Shown here: in pieces, positions 1 to 9,854 of the stretch | Layout of the letters: the number at the start of each line of letters is the position of its first letter | Numbering within the stretch: the stretch's first letter is position 1 | DNA from: Gemmatimonadota bacterium | GTDB taxonomy: Bacteria > Gemmatimonadota > Gemmatimonadetes > Palauibacterales > Palauibacteraceae | Assembly: GCA_963666735.1 (NCBI GenBank) | Contig: OY762926.1 | Span: 1,408,001-1,472,000, forward strand | DNA length: 64,000 bases | Direction: 5' to 3' | Position numbers and translations under genes: made by a program | Notes under the pieces: generated by a model | Database searches by the model: none | Seen by the model: only the letters and a program-made list of their open reading frames with translations | What the model was told of the DNA's origin: nothing

Positions 1-1
1 C

Positions 2-1192
2 CCGGCCGGAGATACCGGAGGCCTGCTCGACTTCGCGGCGGGGCGGGGCATCGACCTCACCGTCGTCGGCCCAGAGGCCCCTCTCGCGGCGGGCATCGCC
101 GACCGCTTCGCCGAGGCCGGCCTGCCCGTCTTCGGGCCCGACCGGGCGGGAGCCCGCCTCGAGGCTTCCAAGGCGTTCGCCAAGCAACTGATGCGCGACT
201 GCGGCGTTCCGACGGCGGACCACGAGACGTTCGACGATGCCGCGGCGGCGTTGGACTACGTCGCGGGCCACGAGGAACCGCTCGTAGTCAAGGCTTCCGG
301 CCTCGCGGCCGGCAAGGGCGCCATCGTCTGCGAAACGCGCGGGGAAGCCCGGACGGCGATCGGAGAGATGATGGTCGACCGCAAATTCGGGGACGCCGGC
401 GGGCGGGTCGTGATCGAGGAGTTCATGCGCGGCGTGGAGCTGTCCGTGTTCTTCGTGGCGGACGGCGAGCGCGCCGTGCCGCTGCTCACGTCCCGGGATT
501 ACAAGCGGGTCGGGGAGGGCGACCGCGGCCTGAACACCGGCGGCATGGGAGCGTACTCCCCCGCGGCCCCGGCGGATCCGGACTTCATTGACGAAGTGCG
601 CCGCGAGATCGCGCAACCGGTGCTCGACTCGATGGCGGAGTCCGGCGCCCCTTATCGCGGTTTCCTGTACGCCGGGCTCATGCTGACCGCCGATGGGCCG
701 CGCGTCGTCGAGTTCAACTGCCGGATGGGAGACCCGGAGACGCAGGTCGTACTGCCGCTCACGAGGTCGAACCTGCTCGAGCCAATGCTGCGGGTCGCGC
801 ACGGCGAATCGCTCGCGGGCTGGCGCCCCGAAGCCACTCCCGGACACGCCCTCGTCACGGTCATGGCGAGCGCGGGGTATCCGGAGAGTTCGGATTCCGG
901 GCGGCCGATCGGGATTCCGGCCTTCGACCCCGGCAAGGTGAGGGTGTTTCACGCCGGGACCGCCATGAAGGAGGGGCGGCTGGTCACTGCCGGAGGGCGG
1001 GTGCTCGGGGTCACCGGGTTCGGCGGGACGCTCGAGGAAGCGGCGCGGCGGAGCCGCGCGGCCGTGGCCCGGATCCGATTCGATGGCGCCCATTCGCGAT
1101 CCGACATCGGGTGGCACGAACTGGATTCCGGCCTGCTCGGTCCGGACGAAGCGGCGCGAATGCATCCTTCGGGAACCGCCTCGGACGGTTAG
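2..1192 (+). CDS. purD: Phosphoribosylamine--glycine ligase (5' truncated by window edge)
   Basis: Frame open from base 2 (…IDLTVVGPEAPL…). Motifs VVKASGLAAGKG, NTGGMGAYSP, EFNCRMGDPETQ, GGRVL. Confidence 0.97.
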   Translation, partial: PAGDTGGLLDFAAGRGIDLTVVGPEAPLAAGIADRFAEAGLPVFGPDRAGARLEASKAFAKQLMRDCGVPTADHETFDDAAAALDYVAGHEEPLVVKASGLAAGKGAIVCETRGEARTAIGEMMVDRKFGDAGGRVVIEEFMRGVELSVFFVADGERAVPLLTSRDYKRVGEGDRGLNTGGMGAYSPAAPADPDFIDEVRREIAQPVLDSMAESGAPYRGFLYAGLMLTADGPRVVEFNCRMGDPETQVVLPLTRSNLLEPMLRVAHGESLAGWRPEATPGHALVTVMASAGYPESSDSGRPIGIPAFDPGKVRVFHAGTAMKEGRLVTAGGRVLGVTGFGGTLEEAARRSRAAVARIRFDGAHSRSDIGWHELDSGLLGPDEAARMHPSGTASDG

Positions 1193-1201
1193 CGGCTCAT
1201 C

Positions 1202-2053
1202 GTGCCGGAACTCCCCGAAGTCGAGACGATGCGCCGGGACCTCGCCCCGCTGCTCCGAGGCCGGCGGATCCGCCGCGTCCGCGTCCATCACGACGATCTG
1301 ATCCTCGGAGGGCTTTCGGCGCGGTCGTTTTCCCGCGCCGTGCTCGGGCGCGCCTTCGGAGACGCGGACCGCCGGGCCAAGCACCTGCTCTTCCCGCTCC
1401 ACGCGGCGGAGGGGATCGACGGTCCGGTGGAGCAATTGATGCGCGTCCAGGTCCGCATGACCGGCCGTTTCGCGCTCGCCTCGGAACGTCCCGACTCCCC
1501 GGAGTTCCGGCATCCGGGCCTCGACCTCGAACTCGACGATGGCCAGACGCTGTTCTACGACGACGTCCGGCGTCTCGGCGGCTTCGACCTGCTGACGCCC
1601 GAGGCATGGAAGGCCCGCGCGGACGCGCTCGGGCCGGAACCCCTCGGCCGAACGTTCACCGCCGCGCGGCTGGCTCGGATCGTCGCGCCGCTGCGGGCCC
1701 CGATCAAGAACACGCTGCTGGACCAGCGGCGGATCGCGGGTGTGGGGAACATCTACGCCAGCGAGGCATTGTACCGCGCGGGGATCGACCCGCGCCGACC
1801 CGCCGGTTCGCTCGACACGGAAGAGGTGCGCCGCCTGCACCGGGCGGTCAGGGCGGTCTTGCGCGAGGCGATCGAGAGCGCGGGGACGACGCTCAGGGAC
1901 TATCGCGCCGTGAACGGCCGCTCGGGCTCCTTTCAAACGCGGCTGGACGTCTACCAGCGCGAAGGAGTCGGGTGCCCGGGTTGCGCCCGGCCGATCAGTC
2001 GGATCGTGCAAGCCGGACGGAGTTCGTTCTTTTGTGCCGGCTGCCAGAGCTAG
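1202..2053 (+). CDS. mutM: Formamidopyrimidine-DNA glycosylase/AP lyase (Fpg)
   Basis: N-terminal PELPEVE, H2TH motif LLDQRRIAGVGNIYASE, C-terminal zinc finger CPGC…CAGC. Confidence 0.96.
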   Translation: MPELPEVETMRRDLAPLLRGRRIRRVRVHHDDLILGGLSARSFSRAVLGRAFGDADRRAKHLLFPLHAAEGIDGPVEQLMRVQVRMTGRFALASERPDSPEFRHPGLDLELDDGQTLFYDDVRRLGGFDLLTPEAWKARADALGPEPLGRTFTAARLARIVAPLRAPIKNTLLDQRRIAGVGNIYASEALYRAGIDPRRPAGSLDTEEVRRLHRAVRAVLREAIESAGTTLRDYRAVNGRSGSFQTRLDVYQREGVGCPGCARPISRIVQAGRSSFFCAGCQS

Positions 2054-2216
2054 CGTCGCCCCCCCGGTGACCGGATCGGCGCATGCCGACGACGGCCTTC
2101 GGTGCGCATATTGGTCGCGGAACGGTGTAGGGTGGGTCGACACCCGGCACGCCACTTCGGCGGCGGCGATCCGGCCGCTGCCGGCGCGCCGCCGCGACCC
2201 GGAGGGACAGGATCGA

Positions 2217-2810
2217 GTGAGCTACTCGGATCACAGCGAGCAGACGCTGGTGGAGATGTGTCTCCGCGGCGACGAGCGGGCCGCACGCGAGATCGTGCTT
2301 CGGTTCGAACGTCCGGTCTTCTCTCTCATCTTCCGAATGGTGCGGGACCGTGAACTGGCGGAGGACCTGGCTCAGGAAACGTTCGTCCGCACGCTGAACA
2401 ATCTCCGCAGGTACGATCCCTCCTACAAGTTTTCCTCCTGGCTCTTCAAGATCGGCTACAACCTGACGATAGATCATCTGCGCAAGAAGGAACTCGATGT
2501 CGTTTCCATGCACGGGGCGCCGGACGCCGTGACCCCGGACCGCCAGGCCGCAACGGAAATCACGCTCGTCTCGGGCGACGAACGACCGGATGAACTACTC
2601 GAGGCCCGCGAACTCGGATCCGAGATCGAAGCGGCCATCGGACAACTGCGACCCGAATACCGAACCGCGATCCTGCTGCGGCACATCGAGGGCTACGCGT
2701 ACGACGAAATCGCGCAGGTGATGGAGATCCCGCTCGGGACGGTGAAGACCTATATCCACCGGGCAAGAAACGAATTGAAGGCCGCTCTCGTACATCTGAC
2801 GGAGCCGTAG
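2217..2810 (+). CDS. ECF RNA polymerase sigma factor (SigW/RpoE-like)
   Basis: Region 2 AEDLAQETF…FSSWLFKI and region 4 YDEIAQVMEIPLGTVKTYIHRAR. GTG at 2217 chosen after GGAGG at 2201. Confidence 0.92.
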   Translation: MSYSDHSEQTLVEMCLRGDERAAREIVLRFERPVFSLIFRMVRDRELAEDLAQETFVRTLNNLRRYDPSYKFSSWLFKIGYNLTIDHLRKKELDVVSMHGAPDAVTPDRQAATEITLVSGDERPDELLEARELGSEIEAAIGQLRPEYRTAILLRHIEGYAYDEIAQVMEIPLGTVKTYIHRARNELKAALVHLTEP

Positions 2811-2864
2811 CAGGCCCGCGGGTGCTTCTTCCGCGGGTTGCCGACGCCTCCAGGGAGAACAGGA

Positions 2865-3656
2865 GTGAACTTGTCGCACCTTACACCTGAGGGAATCGAG
2901 CGATTCGCCAGCCGGAGGTCGGCGGCGTCCCCGCACGGCACGATGGCCGACCATCTGGCCGCGTGCGCCCGTTGCCGGAAGGAAGTGGAGGCGCTGCGGG
3001 AGGTCGTCGCGTTTCTCGAAGGCCTGACCCCGCATCGGCCGACCGACGGATTTGCGGAGGGGGTCGCACGGCGGATCGACTTCGCGGGCGCCGCGCTCGA
3101 CCGCCGGTTGGCACAGTTGCCCGAGTGGTCGCCCGCGCCTGCCTTTGCGAGCGATGTCCTGGCGCAGGTCGACCTGCCTCACCCGGCGCTCGATCGCGCG
3201 CTCTCCGGGCTCCGCACCTGGTCCCCCGCCCCGGCGTTCGCCTCGGCCGTCATGGCCCGCGTGCGATTGCCGGTCCCGTGGCCCGAGCGCCTCCTCCGCT
3301 TCGCGCGGCGGCGCCGGGCGGCGCTGGCCACAGCGGGTGCGGCCACGCTGACCGTGTCGGGAGGCGCCGCGGCCTGGCTGTTCGGCGCGCAGGGCCTGGC
3401 CCCCGGTCAGCTTATCGCAGTCGCCCTCAGCGGTGCGCGGACCGTGCTTGTCGACACCATGCTCGCGGCGGGCCGCCTGGCGTACCGTTTCGGCCTCGTG
3501 GACGCGGGCGGATCGATTGCCGACCGGATCAGCCCGACCGCCGCGCTCGGCAGCCTGGCCTTGTCGAGTCTCGTCGGGCTCGCCTCTCTCTGGTACATGG
3601 CCAGACTGTTCCGGCAGCCGCTCCCACGACGCGTTCGCATCGAGAGGGCCGCATGA
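2865..3656 (+). CDS. Zinc-binding anti-sigma factor (zf-HC2/ZAS) with internal repeats and C-terminal TM helices
   Basis: HLAACARC = HxxxCxxC; immediately downstream of the ECF sigma; hydrophobic C-terminal segments. Confidence 0.8.
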   Translation: MNLSHLTPEGIERFASRRSAASPHGTMADHLAACARCRKEVEALREVVAFLEGLTPHRPTDGFAEGVARRIDFAGAALDRRLAQLPEWSPAPAFASDVLAQVDLPHPALDRALSGLRTWSPAPAFASAVMARVRLPVPWPERLLRFARRRRAALATAGAATLTVSGGAAAWLFGAQGLAPGQLIAVALSGARTVLVDTMLAAGRLAYRFGLVDAGGSIADRISPTAALGSLALSSLVGLASLWYMARLFRQPLPRRVRIERAA

Positions 3657-5254
3657 CCCGGGGGCTGACGTTCCTGGCCTGTCTCGCGGTCGCGCTTCCC
3701 GCCAGCGCGCAGGAGGTCGGCATCGCCGACGCCGCGATCACGCTCTCGGCCAGCGGCCGGGCCGAACTGTGGTTCGAACTGGAGAGCGGAACAGAGCATC
3801 GACTTCGCTTCGAGGGCGAGACCGTCGAGGTCGACGGAATCGGGGTCGGATCCTATGCGGAGCGCGGCGGCCTGGAGAGCGCCTGGCGCGAGTTCCTCCG
3901 CGAACACGCGGGAGAGGATGCTCCCGCGGTGCGCGGCGGCCTGGTCGATTTCCGGCGGTTCCTGGAGGAGTGGAGATCGTCGGAGGAGGCCACCGACCGG
4001 GACGCGGCCCTGGCCCTCGCCGGTCGGATCGACGCGATTCTCGGGCTCGCCGCGCCGTCGCCGACCGGCGCGGCGCCCGCCCTTCCGACGGGCGAGGCGG
4101 CGCCGGCGGTGTCCGATCGATCCGGACCCATGCAGATCGTTCCCGGCGGACTGGGTTTCGACGTCACCGGCGAGCTGGATCGCCTGCGCGACGCGCTCGA
4201 CCGGCTCGGCGACTCCGGCGAGTCCATTGAGGATGGGCTGGCCATGATCGTCCACGGCGACTATGAGGTCCTCGCCGAGGCCACGATCCCCGGAGATGTC
4301 GCCATTCTCGACGGAACACTGCGACTCGCCGGGGGCGTCGAGGGCGACATCCTCGTGCTGGACGGCACGCTCGTGCTGGACGGCGGCGCCCGCGTGCGAG
4401 GCGACGTGCTTCAGGTGGGAGGCGACGTCGACTTCAGCGAGGAGGCGACGAGCGTCGAAGGGGAGATCCTCTCCGACATCCGGCTGGCGCCTTCGGAACC
4501 CTCCGCGAGGTCGGCGCCGGACGCTCCCTCCGTTCAGCGGGTCGAGTCGTTCGAAGCCCCGATGCGGATGCGGCCGGCGCAGCCGGGCCTCGGATCGCGT
4601 CTCGCGCGCAACTTCGGACGGGCCGCGGAGGGCGTGGTCGCCGCGGGGTGCGCGTTCATCGTCCTCGCCGCCCTCGGCTTGCTGCTCGTGTATTTCGGGC
4701 GCCGCCGACTGGAAACCGTCTCGGATACGGTTCGGCTGGAGTTCGCCCGTTCGTTTGCCATGGGCCTCGCCGGGGAGGTGCTGTTCCTTCCCGTGCTTCT
4801 CGTCCTCACGGTGCTGGTCATCACTATCCCGGTCGCACTCTTCCTCATTCCCGCAGTGGGGTTCGCCCAAGTCGCCGGATATCTTGCGGCGGCGCACGCC
4901 GGCGGCGAGATCTTCGCCCGACGCCGCTTCCGCTCCGAATGGCTGGAGAGACTCCGCCGCTCGAACTCCTATTACTACGTCGTCAGCGGACTCGCGCTTC
5001 TGATGCTCCCCTTCGCCGCCGGCGCCGTCCTGTGGGTGTTCGGCGGCGCGGCGGACTTCGTACGCGGCCTGATCCTCTTCGTAGCCATCGTCGGCACATG
5101 GGTCGTCGTCACGGCCGGTTTCGGGGGCGTCCTGCTCACGCGGGCCGGCGGAAGGAGCGTCGTGATCGACTGGTCCGCGGACAGCGCCCCCGATGGCGGT
5201 GCGTCGCCGGGGGCCGGGACCGATACGCCATCCAACACCGTAGATGATGCCTGA
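3653..5254 (+). CDS. Signal-peptide membrane protein with bactofilin/polymer-forming-like beta-helix and multi-TM C-terminus
   Basis: ATGA overlap with the anti-sigma stop; signal peptide MTRGLTFLACLAVALPASAQ; repeats GDVAILDGTL/GDILVLDGTL/GDVLQVGGDV; about 5 TM segments. Confidence 0.7.
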   Translation: MTRGLTFLACLAVALPASAQEVGIADAAITLSASGRAELWFELESGTEHRLRFEGETVEVDGIGVGSYAERGGLESAWREFLREHAGEDAPAVRGGLVDFRRFLEEWRSSEEATDRDAALALAGRIDAILGLAAPSPTGAAPALPTGEAAPAVSDRSGPMQIVPGGLGFDVTGELDRLRDALDRLGDSGESIEDGLAMIVHGDYEVLAEATIPGDVAILDGTLRLAGGVEGDILVLDGTLVLDGGARVRGDVLQVGGDVDFSEEATSVEGEILSDIRLAPSEPSARSAPDAPSVQRVESFEAPMRMRPAQPGLGSRLARNFGRAAEGVVAAGCAFIVLAALGLLLVYFGRRRLETVSDTVRLEFARSFAMGLAGEVLFLPVLLVLTVLVITIPVALFLIPAVGFAQVAGYLAAAHAGGEIFARRRFRSEWLERLRRSNSYYYVVSGLALLMLPFAAGAVLWVFGGAADFVRGLILFVAIVGTWVVVTAGFGGVLLTRAGGRSVVIDWSADSAPDGGASPGAGTDTPSNTVDDA

Positions 5255-6176
5255 TGCTCCGCTGGCCCGCGCGGCGGCGCGGATGCTGCCGGTCGTGCTC
5301 GTTTCGCTGTCGCTCGGCGGAGCGCTGACGCCGGGCGCCGCGCAGGAGTGGCGGGACTTCCGGACGGCGCGGCAACTGGGCGACCTGGAAGCGCTGAAGA
5401 TCGAACTGATGTACGCGGGCGGGCGACTCGACGTATCCCCGTCGGACACACAACTGCTTTACGATGTGCGGCTCCGTTACGACGCCGAACGTTCCCTGCC
5501 CCGTCGCGGATGGCGCCGAGCCGGTCGAACGGGGCACTTTCGGCTGGCCACGGCTTCGTCTTCCGAGGACCGGCGCGATGCCGCCGAAGCGATGCGGTCC
5601 GGCGAGCTGGAAATCGAGCTCGAGGATCTCCCTCGCGATGCGGACGCGGCGGGAAGGCTGGACCTGTCGCTGAACTCCTCGGTGCCCACGGATCTGCGGC
5701 TGGGGATCGGTGCCGGACGAGCGCGCCTCGACCTCGGCGGCGCCCACCTTACGGCGCTTGAGATCATCACCGGAGCCGGCGACGTGGAGGTCGGTTTCGC
5801 CCGCGAGAACCGCGCGGCAATGGAGTTGCTGTCCATCAAGTCGGGCGCGACCGCCTTCATGGCCGAGAACCTCGGCAACGCCCGGTTCCGGCGCCTGGAG
5901 TTCTACGGTTTCGTCGGCGACGTGGTCCTGGACTTCTCGGGATCCTGGCGATCGAGCGCCGAGGCCGAGATCAGGATGGGGCTGGGCGAACTCCTGATGC
6001 GGGTTCCGGCGCATATCGGCGTCCGCGTTCGGCGTAGCGGACTCGCCTCACTGAACGCGGCGGATTTCAAGAAGGTGGGAGACTACTGGTTGAGCCCGAA
6101 CTGGGAGACGGCACGCGTGCGGCTGGAGATCACGCTGGTCGCCGGGCTCGGCTCCGTCATCGTGGAGCACGGCTAA
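5244..6176 (+). CDS. Exported beta-strand repeat protein (LiaF/toast-rack/DUF2154-like)
   Basis: Signal peptide, repeated L-x-I-x-x-G-x-G-x-V-x-L-D-L elements, terminal GLGSVIV. Confidence 0.6.
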   Translation: MMPDAPLARAAARMLPVVLVSLSLGGALTPGAAQEWRDFRTARQLGDLEALKIELMYAGGRLDVSPSDTQLLYDVRLRYDAERSLPRRGWRRAGRTGHFRLATASSSEDRRDAAEAMRSGELEIELEDLPRDADAAGRLDLSLNSSVPTDLRLGIGAGRARLDLGGAHLTALEIITGAGDVEVGFARENRAAMELLSIKSGATAFMAENLGNARFRRLEFYGFVGDVVLDFSGSWRSSAEAEIRMGLGELLMRVPAHIGVRVRRSGLASLNAADFKKVGDYWLSPNWETARVRLEITLVAGLGSVIVEHG

Positions 6177-7081
6177 CCCTCCTCGCGGCCGGCTTCCACC
6201 GCCTCCAGGCGGGCGACGGCCTCGGACGCGATCCCTGCGAAAGCCCGGGATTCCGGTGCGTCCGGTCTTCCGATCGACGTCGGGACCCCTCGATCGCTCT
6301 CCTCGCGAACCGCCACGCCGAGCGGCACGGCGCCCAGGAAGGGCACGTCGATCGAACCGGCGAGTCGCTCACCGCCGCCGGCGCCGAAGATGTTGTGCGT
6401 CTCGCCACACCCGGGACACGCGAAACCGCGCATGTTCTCGACGATGCCGAGAACCGGCACCTCGAGCTTCTCGAACATCCGGATACCGCGCAGCACGCCA
6501 CCGACCGCCACATCCTGGGGCGTGGTCACCATCACCGCTCCGTCCACGCGCACGAGTTGACACAGCGACAACTGCGCGTCGCCCGTTCCCGGCGGCAGAT
6601 CGATCACGAGGTAGTCGAGTTCCCCCCATGCGACCTGCTGGAGGAACTGGCGGATGACCCCCATGATGATGGGTCCGCGCCAGATCGCCGGGGCGTCCTC
6701 TTCGATGAGAAAGCCGATGCTCATGAGCTTCACCCCGTGCGCCACCAGGGGCACGACCTCTTCGCGGTCGATCCGGGGCTTCTCCTGGATACCGAACATC
6801 GTCGGGATGTCCGGGCCGTAGATGTCTGCGTCGAGCAAGCCGACGCGATGGCCCTGCCGGGTCCAAGTCGCGGCAAGATTCGTCGAGATCGTGGATTTTC
6901 CGACGCCGCCCTTACCCGAACTCACCGCGACAACGCGACCCACGCCCGGCATGGGCGGCGCCTGCGAGGGATGCCGGCGCGCCTCTTCGCGGTGCCCTCC
7001 CTTCGGCGGCGGCCCCTGGCGCCCGGGCGGGGGGTCCATGATCGGAAGCGGCCGGGGGCCGCGAGTCGGTTTGTCGGACAC
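6173..7081 (-). CDS. apbC: Mrp/NBP35 (ApbC) Fe-S cluster carrier ATPase
   Basis: SGKGGVGKST, DADIYGP, WRGP, DLPPGTGD, ENM…CPGC. Confidence 0.93.
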   Translation of the reverse strand: MSDKPTRGPRPLPIMDPPPGRQGPPPKGGHREEARRHPSQAPPMPGVGRVVAVSSGKGGVGKSTISTNLAATWTRQGHRVGLLDADIYGPDIPTMFGIQEKPRIDREEVVPLVAHGVKLMSIGFLIEEDAPAIWRGPIIMGVIRQFLQQVAWGELDYLVIDLPPGTGDAQLSLCQLVRVDGAVMVTTPQDVAVGGVLRGIRMFEKLEVPVLGIVENMRGFACPGCGETHNIFGAGGGERLAGSIDVPFLGAVPLGVAVREESDRGVPTSIGRPDAPESRAFAGIASEAVARLEAVEAGREEG

Positions 7082-7095
7082 GGGTCGGCGCTCGA

Positions 7096-7347
7096 CTACG
7101 CGACGGCCTCCACGGAATGGACTATTGGAAGCGCATGGCAGAGGTGCTGTTCGATCCCGGCACGAAGCGTGGCGGTCGACATGGGACAGTCGTAACAGGC
7201 GCCGACGAGCCGGACCGCGACGCGTCCGCTTTCCGCGTCGAACGAAACGAGTTGAATGTCCCCTCCATCCACGCGCACCGCGGGACGGATGTCGTCGAGG
7301 AATCTCTCGATCTCATCGAGTGTGCTCTCAACGGTGGCGATGCTCAA
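7096..7347 (-). CDS. NifU/NfuA C-terminal domain Fe-S scaffold protein
   Basis: IRPAVRVDGGDI…GACYDCPMSTATLRAGIE; TTG start at 7347 inferred (the track ORF to 7998 is over-extended). Confidence 0.88.
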   Translation of the reverse strand: MSIATVESTLDEIERFLDDIRPAVRVDGGDIQLVSFDAESGRVAVRLVGACYDCPMSTATLRAGIEQHLCHALPIVHSVEAVA

Positions 7348-7454
7348 ATCGTTTGGATCCTGGCGCGGGTCGGGGAGCGCTTCCGTGCCCTGCCGGCACC
7401 TCGAAGTCGACGTTCCAGCGGGCTTGAGAAAGGTAGGATTCCGCCGTCCGGCGG

Positions 7455-9854
7455 TCAACGAGAGCCGGGCAGAAATCGGAGCTCGCTTTCCGCCGTTGCG
7501 GACGGCCGGCCCGGGCGGAGTTCGATGAGCGGACTCTCGGTCCACACGGCTCCCATGTCTCGATAGTGTGGATCGAGCGGGTTCCCGGCCTGGCCCGTGG
7601 GCAGCAGGAAGTAGCCCGCCATGTCCGCGGGCGCGGCGCGAGCGACGAATCTCGCGCTGGGGCCGTATTCGCTCACGACCGGGGACCGCCACGCCGTGGA
7701 GTCGAGACGCGATCTCAGAGACGGGGCGTCGGGGCGAACCGTGTGGGGCCCGCCACGCGACGGATAGGGTCCGACGTGGAAACCGAACAGGCGGTCGAGC
7801 AACGCCACGGTTCCGAGCGGGTGGGCCGACCGCTCGCGGTGGATTTCTCCCCACGAGCTCGCGGGTACGCCCGCCGCGGTGCGGGCCGCCTCTTCCTCCA
7901 GCGTCTCGAGGCGCTCGACCTCCGGCGTGCGCGCATCGTCGATCCAGGCGCTGTCGCCGGTCTCGACGATCTCCATGAACGCGAGATCGGGGAACCACCC
8001 GTCTCCGCCCTCGAACTCGTCGGCGACGATGAGTTCGCGCAGGCGGTAGAGCCAGGTGAAGAAGGGGACGGCGCCCCGACTTTCCGTTTCGGTACGCAGG
8101 TCCCAGCGTTCGAGCCGAAGCGCGAGCGAATCGAGGCCCGCGCGGCGCGCGGCGCGGACGGCGCGTGGCCGGTAGCGCTCGGCCCAGAGGCTGTGGCTGT
8201 CCAGCTGCGCCTCGCGCATGTCCTCCACCGTCCAGTCCGACGCCCGAGACACGAGGTCATCGATGCGCCGGGCCCGGAACGGCGCCGGATAGTACGCGCC
8301 CACTCGTCCGAACAGGGGCCGCGCCTGGAGGTTGTTCGCGCTGACCAGATATCCCCGTCCCGGATCTCGTAGCGCCGGCATCGCCTCCGGTGGCCAGAAG
8401 CCCGGCCAGCCCGCGGGCAGGCGCTCGAAGGAGATCGGGGAGGCGCCCTCTCCCGTCCGGCGCAGGGGCACGGACCCCGCCATGCGGTAGCCGATCTCTC
8501 CGCTCGACGCCGCATAGATCACGTTCTGGTGGGGCGAGCGAAAGTACGCGACCGCCTCCACGAACGCGTCAACATCGGAGGCCCGGTTCATCCGGAGGAG
8601 CGCCGCAAAGGGACCCCCGGGCTCAAGTCCCGTCCACAGCAGCGACAGCGTGAGTCCTCCGGCCGGGACGACGTCCGTGATCACCGGGCCGCGCGCCGTC
8701 GAACGTACCACCCAGGTCTCCGGCTCGTCGCGACCCCGCACGTGGATCTCCTCCGTACGGGTTCTGAAGGGTCGCCAGTCATCGGGGTCGCGATACATGG
8801 ACCCGTCGAGGTTGATGCTTTCGACGATGAAGTCCGCGTCGTCCACCTCCGCGTTCGTGAACGACCACGCGACACCCCGGTTGAGCCCGACGATGACGCC
8901 GGGAGCTCCCGGGATGGAGAGGCCCGCCACGGCCAGGTCCGAATCCTCGGCCACGATGGAGTTGAGGTACCATGTGGACGGCGCGCGGAGGGCGAGGTGC
9001 ATGTCGTTTGCGAGCAGCGGAACGCCATCCGCGGTGCGCGAGCCCGCCAGAGCCCACGAGTTCGAGGCGTGGAAGCCGAAGCGGGAGAGATAGGTCAAAG
9101 GGTCGGGGGATGAAGCCGCGGCGCCCGGGTCCGGAGGCATCGGGGTCTCCGCGAAGGCGATACGCGGCGGCGCGGTGCCGGAGGGGAGCGTGTCCTGGAG
9201 GATGGTGGGCCCCCACGCGGGGTATCCGGCCCCCAGCGCCCGACGGTGATCCGCGTCGAGCGTCGCGAGCGCCGTGATCCGGTCCAGTTCCTCCCGCCAC
9301 TCGGAGAGATCCAGCGACATGATGCGCCCGATCGAAAGGGACGCCTGCGGACTCCAGCGCTGCGGCTCGATGCCGAGGATAAGGAATTCGGGGGGCCACG
9401 GCCCTCGCCAGCTCGCGATGCGGGCGTTGACGCCCTCCGCGTAGGCTTCGAGCAGGGCCTGCTCCGATTCCGCCATGTCGTCGAGTTCGCGGCCCGCCGC
9501 CGACCACAGGTCCAGCGTGCGCGCAAGGCGGTCCGCGTCCAGGGCGATCGGACCGAAGAGTTCGGCCAAGCGTCCGCGCGCGACCCGCTGGAAGAGTTCC
9601 ATCTGCCACAACCGGTCCGAGGCGTGCATGAACCCCTGGACGCGCATGACGTCGAGTTCGGTCCCGGCGGCGATGGAGGGAACCGCCCACTCGTCGAACG
9701 TGACGACGGCCGGCTCCGCCAGGCCCGGGAGGACGTGCCGGCCGGATCGCGGCTGCATGGATCGTTGCAGATGGAACCACGCAAACGTCGTGAGAACCCC
9801 CACAACCACAAGGCCGGCCGCCAGCGCGACTCCCGCTCGGCGCCGAAGGCTCAT
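7455..9854 (-). CDS. Penicillin acylase family Ntn-hydrolase (peptidase S45)
   Basis: N-terminal TM anchor, DRLWQMEL, beta-chain nucleophile SNSW, NDMHL, GQAGNP. Confidence 0.92.
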   Translation of the reverse strand: MSLRRRAGVALAAGLVVVGVLTTFAWFHLQRSMQPRSGRHVLPGLAEPAVVTFDEWAVPSIAAGTELDVMRVQGFMHASDRLWQMELFQRVARGRLAELFGPIALDADRLARTLDLWSAAGRELDDMAESEQALLEAYAEGVNARIASWRGPWPPEFLILGIEPQRWSPQASLSIGRIMSLDLSEWREELDRITALATLDADHRRALGAGYPAWGPTILQDTLPSGTAPPRIAFAETPMPPDPGAAASSPDPLTYLSRFGFHASNSWALAGSRTADGVPLLANDMHLALRAPSTWYLNSIVAEDSDLAVAGLSIPGAPGVIVGLNRGVAWSFTNAEVDDADFIVESINLDGSMYRDPDDWRPFRTRTEEIHVRGRDEPETWVVRSTARGPVITDVVPAGGLTLSLLWTGLEPGGPFAALLRMNRASDVDAFVEAVAYFRSPHQNVIYAASSGEIGYRMAGSVPLRRTGEGASPISFERLPAGWPGFWPPEAMPALRDPGRGYLVSANNLQARPLFGRVGAYYPAPFRARRIDDLVSRASDWTVEDMREAQLDSHSLWAERYRPRAVRAARRAGLDSLALRLERWDLRTETESRGAVPFFTWLYRLRELIVADEFEGGDGWFPDLAFMEIVETGDSAWIDDARTPEVERLETLEEEAARTAAGVPASSWGEIHRERSAHPLGTVALLDRLFGFHVGPYPSRGGPHTVRPDAPSLRSRLDSTAWRSPVVSEYGPSARFVARAAPADMAGYFLLPTGQAGNPLDPHYRDMGAVWTESPLIELRPGRPSATAESELRFLPGSR

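Noticed and set aside
2101..2145. Autoregulatory ECF promoter (GGAAC…GTC) upstream of the sigma gene
   Set aside because: The spacing from GGAAC to GTC is about 12 nt, too short for a typical ECF promoter.
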